A DNA stretch of 44,891 nucleotides from a virus (taxonomy: Duplodnaviria; Heunggongvirae; Uroviricota; Caudoviricetes), in IMG/VR virus record IMGVR_UViG_2802429240_000008. The stretch is one strand, 5' to 3'. Positions within the stretch are counted from its first letter, which is position 1. Each line of letters opens with the position of its first letter. Positions 34,964-44,327 of this stretch are shown piece by piece. Below the pieces are notes generated by a model. It was not told where the DNA came from. It did no database searches and saw only the letters and a program-made list of their open reading frames with translations. Position numbers and translations under genes: made by a program.

Positions 34964-35502
34964 AAACGGGAGCCGAAGCCATCCGGGCGCTGGCCACGCA
35001 GCTACCGTCGTTTCGCCAGAAACTGAATGAGGGCTGGTATCAGGTGCGCATTGCCGGGCGTGATGCAGGCGAAAACGAATTATCTGCCCGTCTTAATGAG
35101 CCGCTGGCAAATGGTGCCGTGATCCACATCGTACCGCGTCTGGCGGGTGCCAAAAGTGGCGGTATTTTTCAGGCAGTGCTGGGTGCGGCGCTAATTGCTA
35201 CGGCAATCTGGATGCCGGGGCTTAGTATTGTTGCAAGTAATCTCATGTTCTCTCTTGGGGCAGGTATGGTTTTAGGCGGTGTTGCGCAGATGCTGGCACC
35301 GAAAGCCAAAACGCCTAAAGTGTCAGCCACTGATAACGGTAAGCAAAATACCTATTTTTCCTCATTGGATAACATGGTTGCCCAGGGCAATGTCCTGCCT
35401 GTTCTGTACGGTGAAATGCGCGTGGGGTCACGTGTGGCATCTCAGGAGATCAGCACGGCAGATGAAGGGGATGGTGGTCAGGTTGTGGTAATTGGGCGGT
35501 AA
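34861..35502 (+). CDS. I: Tail assembly protein I
   Basis: MAATHTLPLASPGMARICLYGDLQRFGRRVDLRVKTGAEAIRALATQLP... and C-terminal ...YGEMRVGSRVASQEISTADEGDGGQVVVIGR parallel lambda I as I recall it. Confidence 0.85.
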   Translation: MAATHTLPLASPGMARICLYGDLQRFGRRVDLRVKTGAEAIRALATQLPSFRQKLNEGWYQVRIAGRDAGENELSARLNEPLANGAVIHIVPRLAGAKSGGIFQAVLGAALIATAIWMPGLSIVASNLMFSLGAGMVLGGVAQMLAPKAKTPKVSATDNGKQNTYFSSLDNMVAQGNVLPVLYGEMRVGSRVASQEISTADEGDGGQVVVIGR

Positions 35503-35574
35503 TATTATTTACTCATGTTCTAACTGATTTAATATTTATATCGAACACTGATAATTATTCTGTTGGTTAGCTAT

Positions 35575-35913
35575 ATGAACAAAACGATTTTATTCTGCAC
35601 GATTATTGCCTTAACAGGATGTAAATCTTTGGATTACGTAAAATCCGGCAAGCCTGTAATGGAAGGTAATTCATTAAAAAATATTGATGAATTGTCAGGC
35701 TGCATATCCAGACAATGGGCTGGTAATGGAACACCTATAACATCCATTCCTATTGAGAATGGGGTAAGCCTTTTAGTTCCACAGGCTATGGGTGGGTATG
35801 ATGTTGTGCTTGATATCAAAAAAGCAGGAAATGGCAGTAGTTTTACTCTTTATGAACGCGTACCAGCATTAACGCCAAAAATTTTTGCTGATAGTGTTAA
35901 TGCATGTAAATAA
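35575..35913 (+). CDS. Moron lipoprotein (112 aa) inserted between I and J
   Basis: Signal peptide with lipobox (MNKTILFCTIIALTGC); AT-rich gene with upstream TTTAAT-N16-GATAAT promoter-like sequence and its own downstream terminator. Confidence 0.65.
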   Translation: MNKTILFCTIIALTGCKSLDYVKSGKPVMEGNSLKNIDELSGCISRQWAGNGTPITSIPIENGVSLLVPQAMGGYDVVLDIKKAGNGSSFTLYERVPALTPKIFADSVNACK

Positions 35914-35937
35914 TAGTTAATCCTGCCGTAACTCATG

Positions 35938-35964
35938 AGCCGCCTTTTGGGCGGCTTTGTTGTT
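35938..35964 (+). terminator. Rho-independent terminator after the lipoprotein moron
   Basis: agccgcc-tttt-gggcggct followed by ttgttgttt. Confidence 0.7.
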
Positions 35965-35979
35965 TATGGAGTGTGAGGA

Positions 35980-38900
35980 ATGGGTAAAGGTAGCAGTAAG
36001 GGGCATACCCCGCGCGAAGCGAAGGACAACCTGAAATCCACGCAGCTGCTGAGTGTGATCGATGTCATCAGCGAAGGGCCGATTGAAGGTCCGGTGGATG
36101 GGTTAAAAAGCGTGCTGCTGAACAGTACGCCGGTGCTGGACAGTGAGGGGAATACCAATATCTCCGGTGTCACGGTGGTGTTCCGGGCAGGTGAGCAGGA
36201 GCAGACTCCGCCGGAGGGGTTTGAATCCTCCGGCTCCGAGACGGTGCTGGGTACGGAAGTGAAATATGACACGCCGATAACCCGCACCATCACGTCGGCA
36301 AACATCGACCGTCTGCGTTTTACCTTCGGTGTGCAGGCACTGGTGGAAACCACTTCAAAGGGTGACCGGAATCCGTCGGAAGTTCGCCTGCTGGTTCAGA
36401 TACAGCGTAACGGTGGCTGGGTGACGGAAAAAGACATCACCATTAAGGGCAAAACCACCTCGCAGTATCTGGCCTCGGTGGTGGTGGATAACCTGCCTCC
36501 GCGCCCGTTCAATATCCGGATGCGCAGGATGACACCGGACAGCACCACAGACCAGCTGCAGAACAAAACGCTCTGGTCGTCATACACCGAAATCATCGAT
36601 GTGAAACAGTGCTACCCGAACACGGCACTGGTCGGCGTGCAGGTGGACTCGGAACAGTTCGGCAGCCAGCAGGTGAGCCGTAATTATCATCTTCGCGGGC
36701 GCATTCTGCAGGTGCCGTCGAACTATAACCCGCAGACGCGGCAATACAGCGGTATCTGGGACGGAACGTTTAAGCCAGCATACAGCAACAATATGGCCTG
36801 GTGTCTGTGGGATATGCTGACCCACCCGCGCTACGGCATGGGGAAACGTCTTGGTGCGGCGGATGTGGACAAATGGGCGCTGTATGTCATCGGCCAGAAT
36901 TGCGACCAGTCGGTGCCGGACGGTTTTGGTGGCACGGAGCCGCGCATCACCTGTAATGCCTGGCTGACCACACAGCGTAAGGCGTGGGATGTGCTCAGCG
37001 ATTTCTGCTCGGCGATGCGCTGTATGCCGGTATGGAACGGGCTGACGCTGACGTTCGTGCAGGACCGACCGTCGGATAAGGTGTGGACCTATAACCGCAG
37101 TAATGTGGTGATGCCGGATGATGGCGCGCCGTTCCGCTACAGCTTCAGCGCCCTGAAGGACCGCCATAATGCCGTTGAGGTGAACTGGATTGACCCGGAT
37201 AACGGCTGGGAAACGGCAACAGAGCTTGTGGAGGACACGCAGGCCATTGCCCGTTACGGTCGTAACGTCACGAAGATGGATGCCTTTGGCTGTACCAGCC
37301 GGGGACAGGCACACCGCGCCGGGCTGTGGCTGATTAAAACGGAGCTGCTGGAAACGCAGACCGTGGACTTCAGCGTGGGCGCAGAAGGGCTTCGCCATGT
37401 ACCGGGTGATGTCATTGAAATCTGTGATGATGACTATGCGGGGATCAGCACCGGCGGGCGCGTGCTGGCGGTGAACAGCCAGACCCGGACGCTGACGCTC
37501 GACCGTGAAATCACGCTGCCATCCTCCGGTACCACGCTGATAAGCCTGGTTGACGGAAGTGGCAATCCGGTCAGCGTGGAGGTCCAGTCCGTCACCGACG
37601 GCGTGAAGGTAAAAGTGAGCCGTGTTCCTGACGGCGTTGCAGAATACAGCGTGTGGGGGCTGAAGTTGCCGACGTTGCGCCAGCGCCTGTTCCGCTGTGT
37701 GAGTATCCGTGAGAACGATGACGGCACGTATGCCATCACTGCCGTGCAGCATGTACCGGAAAAAAAAGCCATCGTGGATAACGGGGCGCACTTTGACGGC
37801 GACCAGAGCGGCACGGTGAATGGTGTCACGCCGCCAGCGGTGCAGCACCTGACTGCCGAAGTCACCGCAGACAGCGGGGAGTATCAGGTACTGGCCCGCT
37901 GGGACACGCCGAAGGTGGTGAAGGGCGTGAGTTTCCTGCTTCGCCTGACCGTGGCAGCGGATGACGGCAGTGAGCGGCTGGTCAGCACGGCCCGGACGGC
38001 GGAAACCACATACCGCTTCAGGCAGCTGGCGCTGGGGAACTACAGGCTGACAGTCCGGGCGGTAAATGCGTGGGGACAGCAGGGCGATCCGGCATCGGTA
38101 TCGTTCCGGATTGCCGCACCGGCAGCGCCGTCTCGGATTGAGCTGACACCGGGCTATTTTCAGATAACCGCCACGCCGCATCTTGCGGTTTATGACCCGA
38201 CGGTACAGTTTGAGTTCTGGTTCTCGGAAAAACGGATTGCGGATATCAGGCAGGTTGAAACCACAGCCCGCTATCTTGGCACGGCGCTGTACTGGATAGC
38301 TGCCAGTATCAATATCAGGCCGGGCCATGATTATTATTTTTACGTTCGCAGTGTGAACACCGTTGGCAAATCGGCATTCGTGGAGGCTGTTGGTCAGCCG
38401 AGTGATGATGCTTCCGGCTATCTGGATTTTTTCAAAGGAGAGATAGGGAAAACCCATCTGGCTCAGGAGCTGTGGACGCAAATTGATAACGGTCAGCTTG
38501 CGCCTGACCTGACTGAAATCAGGACGTCCATTACGGATGTCAGCAATGAAATCACGCAGACTGTCAATAAGAAACTGGAAGACCAGAGTGCGGCAATCCA
38601 GCAGATACAGAAGGTTCAGGTTGATACAAATAATAACCTGAACAGCATGTGGGCTGTGAAGATGCAGCAGGTGCAGGACGGACGCCTTTATATCGCGGGC
38701 ATCGGTGCCGGTATTGAGAATACGCCAGCAGGAATGCAGAGTCAGGTGCTGCTGGCGGCAGACAGGATTGCGATGATTAATCCTGCGAATGGCAACACAA
38801 AGCCGATGTTTGTTGGTCAGGGCGATCAGATATTCATGAACGAAGTGTTCCTGAAATATCTGACGGCTCCCACCATTACCAGCGGCGGTAATCCTCCGGC

Positions 38901-39462
38901 ATTTTCCCTGACACCGGACGGGCGGCTGACGGCGAGAAATGCTGATATCAGCGGTAACGTGAATGCGAACTCCGGGACGCTCAACAACGTCACGATAAAT
39001 GAGAACTGTCAGATTAAGGGGAGACTGTCAGCCAACCAGATTGAAGGCGATATTGTCAAAACGGTCAGCAAGTCTTTCCCCCGCACGAGCACTTATGCCA
39101 GCGGCACCATCACGGTAAGAATCAGTGATGATCAGAAATTTGATCGGCAGGTCATGATACCGCCAGTGTTGTTCCGTGGTGGTAAGCATGAGAATTTCAA
39201 CAGTAATAACCAACAGTCATACTGGTATTCAACCTGCCGGTTAAGAGTGACCCGCAATGGTCAGGAGATTTTTAATCAGTCCACGACGGATGCTCAGGGC
39301 GTATTTTCCTCGGTTATAGATATGCCTGCCGGACAGGGGACGCTGACACTGACATTCACCGTATCTTCATCAGGAGCGAATGACTGGACACCAACAACCA
39401 GTATCAGTGATCTGCTGGTTGTGGTGATGAAGAAATCCACAGCAGGTATCAGTATCAGCTGA
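35980..39462 (+). CDS. J: Central tail fibre / host specificity protein J (1160 aa)
   Basis: Size and position as lambda J; N-terminal two-thirds has the conserved tip-attachment architecture, C-terminal region divergent; GAGGA RBS. Confidence 0.9.
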   Translation: MGKGSSKGHTPREAKDNLKSTQLLSVIDVISEGPIEGPVDGLKSVLLNSTPVLDSEGNTNISGVTVVFRAGEQEQTPPEGFESSGSETVLGTEVKYDTPITRTITSANIDRLRFTFGVQALVETTSKGDRNPSEVRLLVQIQRNGGWVTEKDITIKGKTTSQYLASVVVDNLPPRPFNIRMRRMTPDSTTDQLQNKTLWSSYTEIIDVKQCYPNTALVGVQVDSEQFGSQQVSRNYHLRGRILQVPSNYNPQTRQYSGIWDGTFKPAYSNNMAWCLWDMLTHPRYGMGKRLGAADVDKWALYVIGQNCDQSVPDGFGGTEPRITCNAWLTTQRKAWDVLSDFCSAMRCMPVWNGLTLTFVQDRPSDKVWTYNRSNVVMPDDGAPFRYSFSALKDRHNAVEVNWIDPDNGWETATELVEDTQAIARYGRNVTKMDAFGCTSRGQAHRAGLWLIKTELLETQTVDFSVGAEGLRHVPGDVIEICDDDYAGISTGGRVLAVNSQTRTLTLDREITLPSSGTTLISLVDGSGNPVSVEVQSVTDGVKVKVSRVPDGVAEYSVWGLKLPTLRQRLFRCVSIRENDDGTYAITAVQHVPEKKAIVDNGAHFDGDQSGTVNGVTPPAVQHLTAEVTADSGEYQVLARWDTPKVVKGVSFLLRLTVAADDGSERLVSTARTAETTYRFRQLALGNYRLTVRAVNAWGQQGDPASVSFRIAAPAAPSRIELTPGYFQITATPHLAVYDPTVQFEFWFSEKRIADIRQVETTARYLGTALYWIAASINIRPGHDYYFYVRSVNTVGKSAFVEAVGQPSDDASGYLDFFKGEIGKTHLAQELWTQIDNGQLAPDLTEIRTSITDVSNEITQTVNKKLEDQSAAIQQIQKVQVDTNNNLNSMWAVKMQQVQDGRLYIAGIGAGIENTPAGMQSQVLLAADRIAMINPANGNTKPMFVGQGDQIFMNEVFLKYLTAPTITSGGNPPAFSLTPDGRLTARNADISGNVNANSGTLNNVTINENCQIKGRLSANQIEGDIVKTVSKSFPRTSTYASGTITVRISDDQKFDRQVMIPPVLFRGGKHENFNSNNQQSYWYSTCRLRVTRNGQEIFNQSTTDAQGVFSSVIDMPAGQGTLTLTFTVSSSGANDWTPTTSISDLLVVVMKKSTAGISIS

Positions 39463-39480
39463 ATTTTATAACCCAGAACG

Positions 39481-39507
39481 GGCGTCAGAAATGACGCCTT
39501 TTTTTAT
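39481..39507 (+). terminator. Rho-independent terminator after J
   Basis: ggcgtca-gaaa-tgacgcc followed by ttttttt. Confidence 0.7.
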
Positions 39508-39529
39508 CGCAGAAAAGCGAGAGGTACTT

Positions 39530-40129
39530 ATGCGTAAACTTTATGCCGCCATTTTGTCCGCAGCCATTTGTCTGGCCGTATCCGGTGTGCCTGCATGGGC
39601 GTCTGAACATCAGTCCACGCTGAGCGCGGGGTATCTTCATGCCCGGACCAACGTTCCCGGCAGCGATGATCTGAACGGGATTAACGTGAAATACCGTTAT
39701 GAGTTTACGGACACACTGGGGATGGTGACGTCATTCAGCTATGCAGGAGACAAGAATCGCCAGCTTACCCGTTACAGCGATACCCGCTGGCATGAAGATT
39801 CCGTGCGTAACCGCTGGTTCAGCGTGATGGCGGGGCCGTCTGTGCGCGTGAATGAATGGTTCAGCGCGTATGCGATGGCGGGTATGGCTTACAGCCGTGT
39901 GTCGACTTTTTCCGGGGATTACCTCCGCGTAACTGACAACAAGGAGAAAACGCACGATGTGCTGACCGGAAGTGATGACGGTCGCCACAGCAACACGTCT
40001 CTGGCGTGGGGGGCTGGCGTGCAGTTTAACCCGACCGAATCCTTGGCCATTGATATTGCTTATGAAGGTTCCGGCAGTGGTGACTGGCGCACTGACGGTT
40101 TCATCGTGGGTGTCGGTTATAAATTCTGA
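39530..40129 (+). CDS. lom: Lom-like outer-membrane beta-barrel protein (Ail/Lom/OmpX family)
   Basis: [41 protein letters not shown]...[10 protein letters not shown]: signal peptide, alternating beta-strand pattern, C-terminal aromatic; appears nearly identical to lambda Lom from memory. Confidence 0.9.
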
Positions 40130-40154
40130 TTAGCCAGGTAACACAGTGTTATGA

Positions 40155-40181
40155 CAGCCCGCCGGTTCAGGCGGGCTTTTT
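40155..40181 (+). terminator. Rho-independent terminator after lom
   Basis: cagcccgcc-ggttcag-gcgggc followed by ttttttg. Confidence 0.7.
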
Positions 40182-40193
40182 TGTGGGGTGAAT

Positions 40194-42596
40194 ATGGCAG
40201 TAAAGATTTCAGGTGTACTGAAAGACGGTGCAGGTAAACCGGTACAGAACTGCACAATCCAGCTGAAAGCAAAACGTAACAGCACCACGGTGGTGGTGAA
40301 CACGCTGGCCTCAGAAAATCCGGATGAAGCCGGGCGTTACAGCATGGATGTTGAGTATGGCCAGTACAGCGTCACCCTGCTGGTTGAAGGTTTTCCGCCT
40401 TCACATGCCGGGACCATTACCGTCTATGAAGGTTCCAGACCAGGTACGCTGAATGATTTTCTCGGTGCCATGACGGAAGATGATGTCATGCCGGAGGCAT
40501 TGCGTCGTTTTGAGGAAATGGTGGAAGAAGCGGCACGCAACGCCGAAGCCGCCTCTCAGAGCGCAGCGGCGGCAAAGAAATCCGAAACGGCTGCGGCATC
40601 ATCGAAGAACGCGGCGAAAAGCTCAGAAACGAATGCAGCTAACAGCGCCCAGGCGGCAGCGGCCTCACAGACTGCATCGGCAAACTCCGCGACAGCAGCC
40701 AAAAAATCAGAAACCAACGCGAAAAACAGCGAGACAGCAGCAAAGACGAGCGAAACCAACGCAAAGTCCAGCCAGACGGCAGCGAAGACCAGCGAAACGA
40801 ATGCCAAAGCCAGTGAAACTGCGGCGAAAAGCAGTCAGGCTGCAGCAGCCGAAAGCGAGAGCGCGGCAGCCGGTTCTGCGACTTCAGCAGCCGGATCAGC
40901 AACTGCTGCGGCTAACAGCCAGAAAGCTGCGAAGACGAGTGAAACTAACGCAAAGTCCAGCCAGACGGCAGCGAAGACCAGCGAAACGAATGCCAAAGCC
41001 AGCGAAACTGCGGCGAAAAGCAGTCAGGATGCAGCAGCCGAAAGCGAGAGTGCCGCAGCTGGTTCTGCAAGTGCGGCGGCTACTTCTGCCACTGCATCAG
41101 CCAACAGCCAAAAAGCAGCAAAAACCAGTGAAACCAACGCACAGGCGAGCGAAACAGCGGCTGCGAACTCAGCGAAAGCATCGGCAGCAAGCCAGACGGC
41201 AGCTAAAGCAAGTGAAGACGCAGCCAGAGAGTATGCAAGCCAGGCAGCAGAGCCGTATAAATATGTCTTACAGCCGCTGCCTGATGTGTGGATACCGTTT
41301 AACGATTCACTGGATATGATTGCGGGCTTTTCGCCATCATATAAAAAGATTGTTATTGGTGATGATGAAATAACAATGCCTAGCGATAAGGTTGTTAAAT
41401 TTAAACGAGCGTCGAAAGCAACCTATATTAATAAGGCGGGGATGCTGACAGAGGCTGCAATCGATGAAGCACGATTTGAACGCAACGGCCTGCTTATTGA
41501 AGGGCAGAGAACTAACCTGCTAATCAATTCAACCAATCCGACTAAATGGAACAAGTCGTCAAATATGATCTTAAGTGCATCAGGTGTAGATGATTTCGGA
41601 TTCCAGTACGCAAAATTTACATTAAAACCAGAAATGGTAGGGCAAACTTCATCGATTAACATAGTAACCGTTTCTGGCAGTAAAGGTTTTGACGTAACAG
41701 GCGGAGAAAAGTATGTAACCGTATCATGCAGAGTGCAAAGTGGCACTCCAAATTTAAGATGTCGATTACGATTTGAAAACTATGATGGTTCTACCTACAC
41801 ATTCTTAGGTGACGCTTACTTAAATACGACAGATTTATCTATTGATAAGACGGGGGTGGCCGCTAATCGCATTACTGCTAGGGCTGTTAAAGATGAAGCA
41901 AGCAAATGGATCTTTTTTGAGGCGACAATTAAGGCACTTGATACAGAAAATATGATAGGTGGAATGGTTCAGTATACCCCGGCAAAAGGAGTGGGCACTG
42001 GCGCGGATGATTATATTTATATTGCGACCCCTCAAGTTGAAGGTGGGGCGTGCGCTTCATCGTTTATTATAACAGGCGCATCCCCTGTAACACGCGCCAG
42101 CGATATTGTAACGGTCCCCATTTCTCTAAACTGGTGCAATCCCGCTATTAGTTCATTAGCAGAAGTTAATACCAATTGGGATGAATCGCCAAACAAAGAA
42201 GGTAGCGCACGTATTCTTAATATTTCCACTACGGGAGATACAACTGAAATTGCAGATGAAAGTTATATGTATTTGGGATATACATCGTTGGGAGCACGCG
42301 CAATCATTACAAATGGTAAAGGCACTAAAACAGAATATAAAAGTGTTGTAGAACGACCAGAGAGAAAATGCATTATCGGCTTTAGATTCACAGAAAGTCG
42401 AGAGTTGTGTGTTGTGGTTAACGGTAATATTGGTGCTAAGGCAGTTTCTCCTTATAAAAAACACAAATATACAGGAGGTTTCATTAATATTGGTGGTCAA
42501 TCATCATCCGGCAACCGTCACCTATTTGGACACGTTCGAAATCTGCGTATTTGGCACAAGGCATTGACTGATGCCCAGATGGGGGAGTCAATCTAA
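40194..42596 (+). CDS. stf: Side tail fibre protein (Stf-like, 800 aa) with lambda-Stf-like N-terminus, repetitive Ala/Ser/Thr/Lys-rich shaft and a non-canonical C-terminal LamG/ConA-like domain
   Basis: MAVKISGVLKDGAGKPVQNCTIQLKAKRNSTTVVVNT... matches the lambda Stf N-terminus as I recall it; C-terminus ends ...FGHVRNLRIWHKALTDAQMGESI, typical of LamG-like jellyroll domains. Confidence 0.85.
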   Translation: MAVKISGVLKDGAGKPVQNCTIQLKAKRNSTTVVVNTLASENPDEAGRYSMDVEYGQYSVTLLVEGFPPSHAGTITVYEGSRPGTLNDFLGAMTEDDVMPEALRRFEEMVEEAARNAEAASQSAAAAKKSETAAASSKNAAKSSETNAANSAQAAAASQTASANSATAAKKSETNAKNSETAAKTSETNAKSSQTAAKTSETNAKASETAAKSSQAAAAESESAAAGSATSAAGSATAAANSQKAAKTSETNAKSSQTAAKTSETNAKASETAAKSSQDAAAESESAAAGSASAAATSATASANSQKAAKTSETNAQASETAAANSAKASAASQTAAKASEDAAREYASQAAEPYKYVLQPLPDVWIPFNDSLDMIAGFSPSYKKIVIGDDEITMPSDKVVKFKRASKATYINKAGMLTEAAIDEARFERNGLLIEGQRTNLLINSTNPTKWNKSSNMILSASGVDDFGFQYAKFTLKPEMVGQTSSINIVTVSGSKGFDVTGGEKYVTVSCRVQSGTPNLRCRLRFENYDGSTYTFLGDAYLNTTDLSIDKTGVAANRITARAVKDEASKWIFFEATIKALDTENMIGGMVQYTPAKGVGTGADDYIYIATPQVEGGACASSFIITGASPVTRASDIVTVPISLNWCNPAISSLAEVNTNWDESPNKEGSARILNISTTGDTTEIADESYMYLGYTSLGARAIITNGKGTKTEYKSVVERPERKCIIGFRFTESRELCVVVNGNIGAKAVSPYKKHKYTGGFINIGGQSSSGNRHLFGHVRNLRIWHKALTDAQMGESI
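40740..41140 (+). repeat. Tandem direct repeat, 2 x 189 bp (63 codons) plus partial flanking copies, inside stf
   Basis: Units 40740-40928 and 40929-41117 are near-identical (gcaaagtccagccagacggcagcgaagaccagcgaaacgaatgccaaagccag...); they encode repeated AKSSQTAAKTSETNAKASETAAKSSQ segments. Confidence 0.8.
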
Positions 42597-42877
42597 TGAA
42601 AGATTTAACACTCAAATTTGCCGACAGGGCCGACTTTTCGGCCTTTATGGAGAGTATTGGCTATTATGATGACGAGTCGATGCAGGATGATATTCTTATT
42701 GACGTGATAGGTAACGTGTACAAAGAAACCGGAGAACTGACTGAAGATGGCGAACCGGTATGTGTTAAGGAAGATGGATATTTTGTAAACGTGCGCATCA
42801 TTAATGATGCAAAAAAATCGTCAATATTCGATGAATACGCGGTTGTAGTTGAACATCAACTTCGTGGCTGGATGTGA
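42596..42877 (+). CDS. Hypothetical protein (93 aa) translationally coupled to stf; candidate fibre-tip accessory protein or chaperone
   Basis: ATG overlaps the stf stop (TAATG); acidic; occupies the position usually held by a tail-fibre assembly gene but does not look like lambda Tfa. Confidence 0.5.
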   Translation: MKDLTLKFADRADFSAFMESIGYYDDESMQDDILIDVIGNVYKETGELTEDGEPVCVKEDGYFVNVRIINDAKKSSIFDEYAVVVEHQLRGWM

Positions 42878-42886
42878 GGGAGACAA

Positions 42887-43591
42887 ATGGCTACATCGAC
42901 AGTAATTCCAGGAGACATCACCACGTTAAAGGGAGATGTCAGTAAAGCCAAGGAAGATATTTCCTCAATTAACGGAAAAGTATCAACGCTTCAGGCTGAT
43001 ATGACCAGTGCAAAGCAGGATATCAGCACCAGATACACAAAAACTGAAGTTGATAATAAGCTGAAAAACAAACTGGAAGTGAACGCTCTGGAAAGCGGTC
43101 GTTATGGTGGAGATTTTTACCCGTTGACTGGCCGTGAAGCGTTTTATTTGTGGGGATTGGGCACGACTACAGCGGCGGCAAACCTTTATCTTAATCCTGA
43201 CCCCGCAATTTCGTCTGTGCTGCGGTCAACATCGTCTATCCGCTATAAACATTCAGTAGAGACAATAGATTCAGAGCACGCCGATCTCATTTTCAGGATG
43301 CGCCCTGTGTGGTACAGGTCACAATGCGAAAATGACAGGCGTGACTGGGGATTCTACGGATTGATTGCCGAGGAAGTAGGAGAAATTGCCCCTCAGTTTG
43401 TACACTGGCGACCAGCTAACGAAGATGATGCACCGGAAGCTATTTCCAGCAATGGCCTTGTTGCCGAAGGTGTAATGTACGAACGTCTGGTTGTTCCACT
43501 GATTCACCATATCCAGAAGCTGACTGAAAGAGTTGATGAACTTGAGTCAGAATTAAAGTTGTTATCCGTTTCCCGAAGCGATATCGGATAA
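42887..43591 (+). CDS. Coiled-coil protein with a C-terminal peptidase S74-like intramolecular chaperone domain (234 aa)
   Basis: GAGGGAGA RBS; N-terminal heptad-like region; C-terminal SSIRYKH ... YGLIAEEVGEIAPQFV ... YERLVVPLIHHIQKL resembles the S-x-x-R-x-K and GFIAQEV motifs of tail-spike chaperone domains. Confidence 0.6.
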   Translation: MATSTVIPGDITTLKGDVSKAKEDISSINGKVSTLQADMTSAKQDISTRYTKTEVDNKLKNKLEVNALESGRYGGDFYPLTGREAFYLWGLGTTTAAANLYLNPDPAISSVLRSTSSIRYKHSVETIDSEHADLIFRMRPVWYRSQCENDRRDWGFYGLIAEEVGEIAPQFVHWRPANEDDAPEAISSNGLVAEGVMYERLVVPLIHHIQKLTERVDELESELKLLSVSRSDIG

Positions 43592-43601
43592 AGGAGGAGT
43601 A

Positions 43602-43895
43602 ATGGATATAACACCTTTCCTTCACGCGCTTTGTGCTGTGGCTGCGCAGGTACTGATTAGTCTTTTTACCGGAAACTGGGCTTACGGTGCGATAGCCGGT
43701 TGTACGTTCTTCATTGCGCGTGAACACACCCAGGCAGAATATCGCTGGATTGAAATGTTCGGGCATGGCAAGAGGATTAACATGCCGTGGTGGGGCGGTT
43801 TTGATCCACGTGCATGGGATATGGCAAGCCTGATGGATTTTGCTGTGCCGGTGGTGGCGTGTCTGCTGATCTGGCTGTTGGTTAATCACGGGTGA
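43602..43895 (+). CDS. Small integral membrane protein (97 aa)
   Basis: AAGGAGG RBS; predicted TM helices (LCAVAAQVLISLFTGNWAYGAIAGCTFFIA and LMDFAVPVVACLLIWLLV). Confidence 0.6.
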   Translation: MDITPFLHALCAVAAQVLISLFTGNWAYGAIAGCTFFIAREHTQAEYRWIEMFGHGKRINMPWWGGFDPRAWDMASLMDFAVPVVACLLIWLLVNHG

Positions 43896-44050
43896 AAAAG
43901 GTGAGCTGTAAATGTCGGAGGAAGAACCATCATTGTTGGCGTGGAAGAAGTATTTGTGTTGTTGAATCATGGTCAGCGGGAGATGAAGGAAGAACTGAAT
44001 AACTTGGAGGATTTGAAGTCGATACGAATGTTAAGTATTGAATAATGAAT

Positions 44051-44073
44051 AAACCGCGATGAGCGGTTTTTTT
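44051..44073 (+). terminator. Rho-independent terminator
   Basis: accgc-gatga-gcggt followed by ttttttt. Confidence 0.65.
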
Positions 44074-44087
44074 GTACCTGAAAAATG

Positions 44088-44120
44088 AAAGCCCGGCTGC
44101 GTCAACAGTCGGGCTTTTAG
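44088..44120 (-). terminator. Candidate terminator for the convergent minus-strand gene
   Basis: gcccgg ... ccgggc stem with T-rich tail on the minus strand. Confidence 0.35.
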
Positions 44121-44327
44121 CTTTTGATAATTGCGAGTTCTAATATGGAGGTCTTCCGTGTTCAATTTTAGCGGAGTAGACTGGATAGTGAAAGCCCTAA
44201 AATTACTGGCAAGAAGCCGAAGATTACGCCAGATTTATTATTCCACATTAGTTGCTGCGCTGATATATGCCCTGATACGTTCCCCCGTATTGGTTGAGTT
44301 GGTAAAACTATACGGGAATTAATAAAA

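Noticed and set aside
36580-38481. 633-aa ORF on the minus strand
   Set aside because: It lies entirely antisense to the well-supported J gene, is Arg/Pro-rich with low complexity and has no RBS; long antisense ORFs are expected in GC-rich coding DNA
40480-41319. 279-aa Arg/Lys-rich ORF on the plus strand
   Set aside because: It is an alternative frame of the repetitive stf shaft region; the extreme composition and repeat structure come from the tandem DNA repeats
43440-43970. 176-aa minus-strand ORF
   Set aside because: It overlaps two plus-strand genes that have strong RBSs and recognisable features, and has no translation signals of its own
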